Origin: Macrostomum lignano
Taxonomy: Eukaryota
Assembly: GCA_002269645.1 (NCBI GenBank)
Contig: NIVC01000680.1
Span: forward strand, 62,001-126,000
Length of the DNA: 64,000 bases
Reading direction: 5' to 3'
A model generated the notes under the pieces. That model made no database searches, was not told the origin of the DNA, and worked only from the letters and a program-made list of their open reading frames with translations. Positions 1-56,253 of this stretch are shown here, piece after piece (the first letter of the stretch is position 1; each line of letters opens with the position of its first letter). The position numbers and the translations under genes are program-made.

Positions 1-100
1 CCCCAGTTTTGAACGCACCATTGATCTCATCACCTGGAAGTCCATATTAATTGTAAGAGTATTCAGTGTCAGTTAAAATATTTATTTTATTTCCTTCCAG

Positions 101-995
101 CCGCCTGCTACCTGGAGTTCCGATCTATGCAATCTTTCTGTCTGCGCAATCGTCCAGTTTGGCGTAAAGGCAAACGTCAAAAAGCGGTTAGTGTTAGTTA
201 TTATTTTAATGTCGTATTATTCCTAGAGCTCGTCTGTTCGCAGAAGTATTATCACTTCCCGCTCTAAATTTGACAACTTCATCTGTTTAAGTGTCACTGG
301 ATCACCTTTTCAAGCGCCACTAGATAATCTATCTAGTTAAATGCCATTAGATCAGCTATTTAAGCGTCTCTAGATCATCTATTTAGGCTTCACTAGATCA
401 TCTAATGAAGCGCCACTAGACCATCTATTTAAGCGCCACTAGACCATCTATTTAAGCGCCACTAGACCATCTATTTAAGCGCCACTAGACCATCTATTCA
501 AGCGCCACTAGACCATCTATTTAAGCGCCACTAGACCATCTATTTAAGCGCCACTAGACCATCTATTTAAGCGCCACTAGACCATCTATTTAAGCGCCAC
601 TAGATCATCTATTTAAGCGCCACTAGATCATCTACAATAGAATCAGCCGATATTTTCAGAAACTCGGTCGCCGCCAGAAGGCATTCGAAGCCCTGCTGCC
701 AAGTCTGACGCCAGACGAACTCGAACAATACCGAGTTGTGCTCACCAGAGACGTCACCTCATCCGACGAAGAAGAAGAAGACGAGACTCTGAGAGTTCGC
801 GACCTGCCCTGGCAGTCCGACCGGATGCGCGAGATGAAGCAGCGACTTGATGAAGCTTTCACGCTGAGATTTGCCACCATTAAGCAGCGCTGTCAGCTGG
901 CCAAGTGCGTCAGGCATCCCCAGGTGGTCAGCAGCAGGTCTGTGCCAATGGGTGTGCCACAATGGGCAATTGCTCCGGCTTATAGACCTGGCTAG
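101..995 (+). CDS. 3' exons (101-186 and 660-995) of an unidentified gene
   Basis: Acceptors TTCCTTCCAG and TTTTCAG; spliced frame ACYLEFRSMQSFCLRNRPVWRKGKRQKA|KLGRRQKAF...TSSDEEEEDETLRVRDLPWQSDRMREMKQRLD...RPG*. The upstream exon could not be phased. Confidence 0.5.
310..633. repeat. 23-bp minisatellite
   Basis: Unit AAGCGCCACTAGACCATCTATTT, degenerate at the left edge. Confidence 0.92.
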
Positions 996-1214
996 ATTGA
1001 TTGTTGTTTTTTGTAACTCTATAATCAGTTGAGTCAATATGATGTAAGTCTACTGAGCTCTCCTGATGATCTGTTTTGATCTGCTCTCTGTGCTTTTATG
1101 CAGCCTAAGCTGTTGTTTCTAGTGTTTTTGGTGTATTGAATTTATTGCAGTTGATACTACATTTTATAGCGCTCACTCTGTTCTCTAATTAATGATTCTC
1201 TTCATGTCGCCTTT

Positions 1215-2250
1215 CTATCACCCTTTCCCTCCTTTCTCCTCTCCTCCCTCTCTTCCTCCTCTCTCCCTCTCTCCCTCCTCTCCCTCTCTCCCTCCTCTCT
1301 CCCTCTCTCCCTCCTCTCTCCCTCTCTCCCTCCTCTCTCCCTCTCTCCCTCCTCTCCCTCTCTCCCTCCTCTCTCCCTCCCTCCTCTCTCCCTCTCTCCC
1401 TCCTTTCTCCTCTCCTCCCTCTCTCCCTCCTCTCTCCCTCTCTCCCTCCTCTCCCTCTCTCCCTCCTCTCTCCCTCCCTCCTCTCTCCCTCTCTCCCTCC
1501 TTTCTCCTCTCCTCCCTCTCTCCCTCCTCTCTCCCTCTCTCCCTCCTCTCTCCCTCTCTCCCTCCTCTCCCTCTCTCCCTCCTCTCTCCCTCCCTCCTCT
1601 CTCCCTCTCTCCCTCCTTTCTCCTCTCCTCCCTCTCTTCCTCCTCTCTCCCTCTCTCCCTCCTCTCTCCCTCTCTCCCTCCTCTCTCCCTCTCTCCCTCT
1701 CCCTCTCTCCCTCTCTCCTTCCTCTCTCCCTCCTTTCTCCTCTCCTCTCTCCCTCCTCTCTCCCTCTCTCCCTCCTCTCTCCCTCTCTCCCTCTCCCTCT
1801 TTCCCTCTCTCCTTCCTCTCTCCCTCTCCCTCCTCTCTCCCTCTCTCCCTCTCCCTCTCTCCCTCCTTTCTCCTCTCCTCTCTCCCTCCTTTCTCCTCTC
1901 CTCTCTCCCTCCTCTCTCCCTCTCTCCCTCTCCCTCTCTCCCTCTCTCCTTCCTCTCTCCCTCTCCCTCCTCTCTCCCTCTCTCCCTCTCTCCCTCCGCT
2001 CTCCCTCTCTCCCTCTCTCCCTCCTCTCTCCCTCTCTCCCTCCTCTTTCCCTCTCTCCCTCTCCCTCTCTCCCTCTCTCCTTCCTCTCTCCCTCTCCCTC
2101 TCTCCCTCTCTCCCTCTCTCCCTCCGCTCTCCCTCTCTCCCTCTCTCCCTCCTCTCTCCCTCTCTCCCTCCTCTCTCCCTCTCTCCCTCTCTCCCTCCTC
2201 TCTCCCTTCCCTCTGCCAGGTCTGCCTCTTCTCTTCTTTCCTCTTTCCCC
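1215..2250. repeat. Polypyrimidine (CT-rich) low-complexity tract
   Basis: About 1 kb made almost entirely of C and T (CTCTCC variants). Confidence 0.97.
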
Positions 2251-2878
2251 TCTTCTCCCCTCTTCCTCTCTTACCAATATCCTTGCCTGTGTCAATTTTG
2301 CAGAATTCTTCTATTAATTTTTAGCTTGCTAATCTGATCAATTTAATAAAAAAACTTGAACAAACAATCTCTGTCATTCATTCTATCTAAAGAGAATATG
2401 TTTATTTATATTTTTTGCTTGGTAATTATTTGATATTAAAGGATATCATCATGACATCGTGATCACATTCCTTGCCGTTGCAATCATATTAGCATACACT
2501 TAGCTGCATGTAATCTCTTATATAGAAGCTATATAATTACTAGGGTCTAAGCTTTGATTTTGCATTTTTTTTAATTGCAACTACCTAAATAATCATGTAC
2601 CAGTAGATATTATAAACGATGAAATACACATTTCTACCGTTATAATGTAGTTTGTAAATACGAATATGTATAACGGGTGTGTCTCAAAAAACAGCCTATC
2701 ATTCTATATTGACTCTCCTGTTTGACATTTTCACGCTCTAATCTCTAGACTATTCTAAATGTTTTGTAGCCAGAATATAATTGCTTTGAAATTCTTTTAG
2801 CCAGGGAGCAGTGCTATTTAAACAGCCTGGCTTGTCTTGCGGACTTGGGCGACTAAAGCTTAAAATTTAGACCTGTCC

Positions 2879-3275
2879 GTTTGATTGGCTTTATTGTTTA
2901 TGGCTGATTTGTGGCACTGGCTTTGATTGGCTTTATTGTCTATGGCCGATTTGTGGCAGTGGCTTTGATCGGCTTTATTGTCTATGGCCGATTTGTGGCA
3001 GTGGCTTTGATTGGCTGTATTGTCTATGGCCGATTTGTGGCAGTGGCTTTGATTGGCTGTATTGTCTATGGCCGATTTGTGGCAGTGGCTTTGATCGGCT
3101 TTATTGTCTATGGCCGATTTGTGGCAGTGGCTTTGATTGGCTGTATTGTCTATGGCCGATTTGTGGCAGTGGCTTTGATTGGCTGTATTGTCTATGGCCG
3201 ATTTGTGGCAGTGGCTTTGATCGGCTTTATTGTCTATGGCCGATTTGTGGCAGTGGCTTTGATTAGCTTTATTAT
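2879..3275. repeat. 42-bp minisatellite
   Basis: Unit GTGGCAGTGGCTTTGATTGGCTGTATTGTCTATGGCCGATTT, about 9 copies. Confidence 0.93.
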
Positions 3276-5245
3276 AGTTAGCCTAAGCATGTTGAAACGG
3301 GGTGAAATGCACGGCTGCCCGCCCGCTGCAATTGTATATGGCTGACCAATAAATAAAAAAACTCGTATGTATATTTGTATTTTTTGAATGTTTTTATAAC
3401 TTGTGCGAGGATATTTCGAAAGTAAAGCTTAGTACCATAGACAACAGCGTACATTAACAACATAGAACTTTAGCGGCGATAATATGCAAATACGAAGCAT
3501 AGCAATTTGATGAACAGACTAACTTCACTAAGGAACACCACCAATATATAACAACCTAAAGTCAGACAGACACAAGAAACAATACGCTTGTAAGTAGTTA
3601 ATAAACATTAGATTTTGTAGCCTAGACAAATATATAGATCAATTTGTCAAACAGGTATAACTAATTTATCAGTCTAAACAATCAGTGGGTCAGTCTAATG
3701 TCCACCTGAACGTCACCTCATCTATGTTGATGAGACCGGTTTCAACATTTCGACTCGCCGGTCCCAATGACGCAGCAGACGTGGCCAGCGAGTCCGACGT
3801 GTTTTGGAAACGCAGCGACGGGTTCAGGTCAATGTCCTGCAGACAGTGGCACCAAATCTCGGCTTGGTACACCACAAGATTGTCGGTCACACATTTGTCG
3901 AGGAGCTGCTCCATGCTGTCAACAATCGAGATGATGTAGACAATGCCGACAACGTCTTAGTCATCATGATGGAGCTTGCTTCCATAACGGGCTGAGGATC
4001 CCCCAGCAGTTTGAGCTGAACTCGCAGGTTGCAGTACTGCCTCCATATTCTCCATTTCTGAACCCGACCGAGTGTGCGCATTCCTGTTTGAAGGCGGCCA
4101 TCAAGCGGCAACTTGCGCAGCCACAGGTGCAAATCGAATTGGACAATCCACCGCCAGAGACAACACTGCTCGAGTGGCGCGTACGATCGTTCTTCATCGG
4201 ATTGCGGAGGAGGCAACGGCTGAGATCACAGTAGCCAAATGCGGCGGCTGGTTTCGGCAGATGCTTCGCATTATCCCGCGCTGCTTAAATGAGGAAGAAA
4301 ATCTCTGAACATTGATCGGGTTTGATTTCAATCTGTTCAACACTGTTTTGAGAGACACGATTGTTGTCGGCTTATACTGTATGCCATGGTTTTGCCTTTG
4401 CCTGTTTTGATTGGTTTCTCTGAAATCAAAGTGTTGATGTCAATCGTTTTTTGATATGCCATCTATTTGCAGACGTTATTTCAGTGAAGTTATTCGTGAA
4501 GGATATACGAGCACTGTGAAAAGGCTTAATAGCGCGCCCAGATTGGTTGCTCCATAGACCCCCTTTTGGGCCATAGACAATGGAAAAGCAAGTCTTCAAT
4601 AGCTTGATTCTCCCAATAAGAATTAAACTGCTTGCTCCTAGGCTCAACTGGATTGGAAAATGCTATAGTAAATATTATCGAGCGCATTGTAGTTTATGGT
4701 TTAATCTGCCCCCTCCCCTGAATTTTTGGCCAGGACTAAAAACATTGCAAGTTGCTTTCAATCGATAAAAATGGCCAACAAAATTTCCGTAGTATTAATG
4801 CACAGTTTTGGAATTTGCTATTCTGAAGGCACCTGAATAGTCTGAGTGACAGCTCGACTCTTTCCACTTGTCTTACTCATTGGATCTCAAAAAATGATAA
4901 AATTGGCATTTAGCAATAACTCCTGCTGTGGTGCTAAAAGTATAGCCACTCTTATTGACGAAAAAAATTCTTTAGTTTTTCTTTCGACCTTCCTTTCTGG
5001 GATCTAAAACTCCTCATCCTCTCGAGCATGCATATTTTAGCTCCAGATCTTCAGATAGTCGAGCTCAAGTGTCGACTTCTTCTGTTGGACAGCTGTTAGA
5101 GGAATTTTCTCGCTAGCCGAGAGTAGCTCTACAATTAGCTCTTTAGGTTCTAGATAAATTGTTAGCTTTCTTCAGTTGCATTGTATGCTTTAGAAGTTTA
5201 TTAATAGTCTGATTCAGCTGTAGTTAGCGATAGGACCTGTGTTAA

Positions 5246-50213
<44,968 letters not shown>

Positions 50214-50255
50214 TGAGTCACATTTGAAATAGATGATCTGGAAGAATTATTGAAG

Positions 50256-50261
50256 AATAAA
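50256..50261 (+). terminator. Putative polyadenylation signal of the 40-exon gene
   Basis: AATAAA 42 nt after the stop codon; a second one lies near 50329. Confidence 0.5.
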
Positions 50262-50644
50262 TTACATATTACAGTGGTGGTGGAATTTGAAAAAAAATAA
50301 TATATCATCATTGACAGTCTATTTAAAATAATAAATAGCTTCCATTTTAATGTCTCGCAACATTTGAAACTCTCCAATGCTTGAGAGTATTATATTGCGC
50401 GTCCATTCTATTTTTTCCAGAATAATGCAAATTTAACATTTGCGAATAGCTATATGGTCAGCTACCTAGAAACCTGTCTAAAAAACTAATGTATCCAATT
50501 CTACTTAATTAGTTCGTCTCTTGTAATTGCAGCATGCGGGGTGTCCGTGCGCGATTTTCGATTCCAAATTCTTCCGGATTTTTTCTGGGTTTTTTCCGGG
50601 TTTTTTCCGGGTTTTTTTAGGTTTTCCGGGTTTTACCCTTTTTC

Positions 50645-52089
50645 GGGTCTATGAAATTTGCTTGCGGAATTTTGCTTGCCGAACTTTGCTTGCCGAACTT
50701 TGCTTGCAGAAATTTTGCTTGCCGAGGTTTGCCAGCCACAGTTTTCTTGCCTAACCTTAAAGAACCTATTATTGAGCTCTTGTACTTCTAATTTTCATTT
50801 TCTAATATTTGTGGAAGTCGCCTATAGTGTTATGATTTTGTATGAGGATATGGCGGATTTGAATAGCCCTAATGCAGAAATAAAATAATTTAGTTTTTTT
50901 ACTTAGAATATATTTTCAACAAAAATTTGACACAATTTCGAACAATGCACATAGCGAATTATTTAAGCAGCGAAATGTACAAAATAGATTTTTTGAAAAT
51001 GAACGTACATTGTACACCAATGTACATCATTTCTATATACTATATTCTTAGAATGAAACTCTATAAGCCTAGTTTGAAAGCTTAGTGTCAAGTCAGTTTA
51101 CGTCGACGCTGATAAGAATCCACTTGCAAAGCATCTGTAGTAAGTAATAATTGACTGACCGACTTCACATGCAAACAAAACAAGCAAGCAAACAAGAAAA
51201 TAATTCGGAAAGTTAAAACCTTGCAATTGTGATTGCGAATTTCTAGGAAGCAGACATCAAAAGTCCGCAAGCAAAGTTTGGCAAGCAAAATTCCTGCAAG
51301 CAAACTTCAGCAAGCAAAGTTCGGCAAGCAAAGTTCCTGCAAGCGGAATTCCTGCAAGCAAAATTAGGCAAGCAAAGTTCGGCAAGCAAAATTCCGCAAG
51401 CAAAGCTCGGCAAGCAAAGTTCGGCAAGCAAAATTCCTCCAAGCAAAGTTCGGCAAGCAAAGTTCGGCAAGCAAAATTCCGCAAGCAAAGTTCGGCAAGC
51501 AAAATTCCTCCAAGCAAAGTTCGGCAAGCAAAGTTCGGCAAGCAAACTTCCCGCAAGCAAAGCTCGGCAAGCAAACTTCCCGCAAGCAAAGCTCGGCAAG
51601 CAAACTTCCCGCAAGCAAAGCTCGGCAAGCAAACTTCCCGCAAGCAAAGCTCGGCAAGCAAACTTCCCGCAAGCAAAGCTCGGCAAGCAAAATTCCGCAA
51701 GCAAAGCTCGGCAAGCAAAATTCCGCAAGCAAAGCTCGGCAAGCAAACTTCCCGCAAGCAAAGCTCGGCAAGCAAACTTCCCGCAAGCAAAGCTCGGCAA
51801 GCAAACTTCCCGCAAGCAAAGCTCGGCAAGCAAAATTCCGCAAGCAAAGCTCGGCAAGCAAACTTCCCGCAAGCAAAGCTCGGCAAGCAAACTTCCCGCA
51901 AGCAAAGCTCGGCAAGCAAAATTCCGCAAGCAAAGCTCGGCAAGCAAACTTCCCGCAAGCAAAGCTCGGCAAGCAAACTTCCCGCAAGCAAAGCTCGGCA
52001 AGCAAAATTCCGCAAGCAAAGCTCGGCAAGCAAACTTCCCGCAAGCAAAGCTCGGCAAGCAAACTTCCGCAAGCAAACGTCGTACTCCC
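50645..52089. repeat. Inverted pair of GCAAGCAAA arrays (short arm 50655-50725, long arm 51265-52075)
   Basis: The long arm is a 14+15-bp dimer (GCAAGCAAAGCTCG + GCAAGCAAACTTCCC). The short arm is its reverse complement. Confidence 0.9.
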
Positions 52090-53329
52090 GCATCAACCAA
52101 TCAAGATCCCAAATGAACACTTTTTTATATCAGAGATTAAGAAAATGCCAATTTTCGAGATTTTGTCAAAGTACGTTCTGTTCCAAATTAACCCAGTTTT
52201 TTTCCCGGGGCATGTGCAACCTATAGAGTCTATAGCTATTCGCATGTGTCTGCAGCTATAGTTTAGCAAACATGTACAGTCACACAGTGTACATGTAGAT
52301 AAAACTCTATTCTTTTTATATAAAATCTTCTGAAACTACATTTTCGGACTAATCCTAATTCGCACAGATAAGATACCACACTGTATCAATTCTTATAGCT
52401 ATTAGCTAAGTGCTATATACAAACTGCTCTATAGATACTGCACATATGCAAACATTTGCATAACATATTTTACTGTAAATATTGTTACTCACCCACCTTA
52501 ACGAAATTCATGATCTGACACCACCTGACTGCAGGCAGATCAAGGACATACAAGCACATGCATGTTCATGTAGATATTAGCAAACACTTACATGTAATAG
52601 CTAGTCACGCGAGTTAAAAATGCATATTTTGGTTTACATAATGCTTCTAGTGTAATTCCCATGAGTCGTTTGATGTACAAATGCATCGTTAATACACAGG
52701 GTGCCACGTAAACGCGCGCCTGATTTAAAACGTTAATTTTTTCACTTTTAACTTTTTTCATTGGCAACCAATGTTGACAAATTTTAACACTTAACATTGT
52801 CACAAGTATAGCATTATATTTTAGTATATACTAGATTTGCAAAAGTTATGCAAGCAAGCACTCTGCACACACACACAAGCGGAGCTCCAAAGTCGAATGT
52901 TAAGAAAGCAAGCTGCAGGCATGCCGTAATTGCCGCATTCACTTTGCTTTCTGTGGCATACGCACACACAAACGCACGAAACTTTAATCCTGCGTTTTCT
53001 ATAATCTCAATTTCATTTTTATTCAGCTAGCAGAGAGATGGCATATTCAGTCACTGAAAGGGTGCGGTGCGTCGCGTGGACAGAGTGCAGTGGAGGTACC
53101 ATACCTAAAGTTCCATACCGAGTATGGCAACAGTGACGGCCACAGAATTCGGCGGTGGCACGATAGACTTCTGACCACTGGCATGCAGTGTGCAGGATGC
53201 TGACAGCTGGTTGCGAATGACAAAAGTTATTAACGCTTTAAATCATGCAGGCGAGTTACGTGCGGGGCACCGTGCGGGCCACCCTATCCAACGCAGCTGG
53301 CATTTGGGTTGTGATGATGTACATGTACG

Positions 53330-53552
53330 TGCACCTCTGCAGGGTGCAGATTAAGCGACATTTGTGACACAAGGCAATTGCTGCCCATTCCGCCAACTCC
53401 CCTGAGCAGGCACACAAGCGCGCGGACACGTACCCAGCTGTCAAACGCACAGGCACACTCACACAGGAGTGTACAGCGGCCCAACTTTATTTATCGTTAG
53501 GCATGTACACTTCACAGGTGCCTTGAAGGGTTGGCCCTCAGGGGCGTTAATT
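53330..53552 (-). mobile_element. SINE-like dispersed repeat, copy 2 (inverted)
   Basis: The reverse complement shares long matches with copy 1, for example GTGAAGTGTACATGCCTAACGATAAATAAAGTT and CTTGTGTGCCTGCTCAGGGGAGT. Confidence 0.65.
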
Positions 53553-56253
53553 TGATCTGTTTCATTTGCGTGACAGTGAATTTAAAAACGACATGTATTT
53601 GTACTTTTTCTGTGTATTTTGTGATGACGCAATGCTTTAGTTTGAGACTCGCTGAGGATGTCCAGCAGTTGAAGTTCTTCCACAGTCAATTGGCTTGATC
53701 TGGGAAATTAGAGAAATTCGCAACAGGGTATCCACAGTTACCTGGTTCCCACCTGTTGAAGGTCCAGAAGCTCCGCCTGGATGAAGACTATAGTGACCAA
53801 CGAAGTCAGAGCTGATGCAGTCAGATGTGATCGACATGCTGATGAAACTTGGAGACTTGGCAAGGCTGCAGTGAGGCGCAGTGCTGATTGGCGCACAGGG
53901 ATGTACTGAATACACTGGCAGAATCGTTGAATATCTCGACGGTCTGGAGAGCTGACAATAAGTTCTTGTTCGAGAAGGTTCTCGTGTTCTATAATTTCGT
54001 GTGCCTGCATTTGCTCTGGACGTTAAACCACAGCAAATAAATTGCCAGGGGTACCGGCTATAACCCACCGGAAGAGTGCACTGCCAAGTCATGCAGTCAC
54101 AGAAAAATACAGTGCCCCCATACTCGTACAGCGCCATCGAGCATGCAACCAAAGCTGTAGTTTAAACACAGAAAAGCATAAAATACGACATGTAAATCGT
54201 ACATGTAGCAAATACATGAACTTCTGCCCATTTTTATGAGAGTTGTTGCTGGACTAATGAACTGTGCCTCTGACGTTTAGAAATATATTTAGTATATTTG
54301 GATTGAGATTTTTATGCGTATACACAGCACCCTGGCACTGCACTGAATATTTACAGTATAAAGTCAAAAAGTTATTTGTGGTATACATAAGCGTGTAATT
54401 ACGTCCTTATTGCAGGCTTTCGCGTTTAATATAAATGGTAATAATGGCCAAAAGTTTTAACAACAAGGAAGAAAGGGTATTATAGCATCCACAATATATC
54501 TTACTGACACTCTCTATCCTAGATTCAATTTAATTTACTGAACACTTTAAAGAGTTGTACACTCGCTACAATAAGGTAAGACTTAAGTCAAACTGAACTA
54601 CATCCTCTGTATAATTCAAAATTTCCACTTCAGATAGCTAGTAGATAGTGGAAAAATTTTAGGCACAGAAATAAGGACCTAAAACAAGTCACGACCAAAT
54701 GCACACGCATAAATGACGTACACTTAACTGTACACACCGATAGTACCTTGTAAAACGTCACTGCAGTGCAGTAGCTTGAACAAATTGACGTTGGTTGCCA
54801 AACTTTGACTGCTGGACTTTAACTGCCAGCGAAATTCCACTTTTGATTGCCGACAATTTAGATTAGATTAGATTTGTCAGCTTTCATTTTAGGGTTTACG
54901 GTCAGCAGCCTTGTAGTTCCAAAATGGAAAAATTGAATTAAAAGTGTCCTACCTCTGACTCCCAGAATGAATTTCAGTTTCTCGAAAATCTCAAATCGAA
55001 CAAATAAAACAAGTTGAAAATTGGATAAATTTGTATTGAGGAACTTTCTAATTGCGATACAATTGAATTGAATTTAATGTTTATTGTCGTTTCAGCGTTT
55101 GGACTACTTGAAACTACTTGAAAATCACAACTTGGACAACTTGGCAACCGAGTGTGATATCCCAGACGGTGTGTTTAATGTGTTTCACAAGCTGGTTACA
55201 GCTTTGTTCAAAAAGGAACATTATAGTTGCAACTGCACTGTAAAGTTATAGAGCAACGAAACCTAATGTGAAATATTTTACAATATAATATCCATTAATT
55301 TTATATTTTATGGATATAACTTTATAATATCCATATACCAAAAATGGTTTGTCTGTCTGTCGGTATGTTTAAACATTTAAAAAAATTAACACGCATTTAA
55401 CAAAATGGAGGCCAATGAAAGCTTGTAATGTCTGATGGCTTTAGAATTTCAAATGTTCTGAATATTGGAAAAACTGAAAAAATAAATACACTATTGGCAC
55501 CAGCCAGATCGCATTTATCAATATTAGAAAACTTCCGTCATTTATGACGGTTAGAAATATTCCAATACTGGTAAATGCAACTCTGGTTTTCACAATTTTT
55601 GTAAAGCATAATAAAAACCAAATGCACACGACTTGCAAACATGGGCTTTCAATCACAAAAGTGCACGCTGGATGCCATATTGTTATATCTATATCGCATA
55701 CAGGCGCCAGCGAAAGAAAGCCCAAGCTTGCAAAAAGGATACGAAATGCACTTTCTGGTCCACAGAAAATACGCATGTAAAAATACATGAAAGTAAATTC
55801 TAGGCATCATAAATCGACTCGACTCGTAGAAGTTCGGTAAAGTTCAATTTAAAAACATTGAAAGACTGACCAGAAAGCACAAAATTTACCCTTTGAAAGT
55901 GCTAATATAATTATATGAATGCATAATCATAGATGCAAAATAAATAAATACGACGCGGCATTCAAGAAGTCGGGGCAGCTCGTGCACTCGCCACGCAGAT
56001 TCTCTAGACATAGCAGTACATGAGGATAAAACTAAGGTGAGAACACGCTGGTATGCTAGAGAATCTGCAGCGATGAAAAGAAAAAATTCCAAATCTGAGT
56101 GTTGCCGAACTTTTTGAATGTCTGTCGTATAAAAAATTGAAATATAAATTAAATGCAAAAATATATAAATAAGTAGAAAAAATAAACAAAATATATTGAT
56201 TAAAAATAAATGCATTTGCTTTACTATGCTTATAAAAATTGCTAGGTGCCAAC

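Noticed and set aside
2911-3345. Hydrophobic repeat ORF (ALIGFIVYGRFVAV)n resembling a multi-pass membrane protein
   Set aside because: It is a near-identical 42-bp tandem array with a GTG start and no unique coding context.
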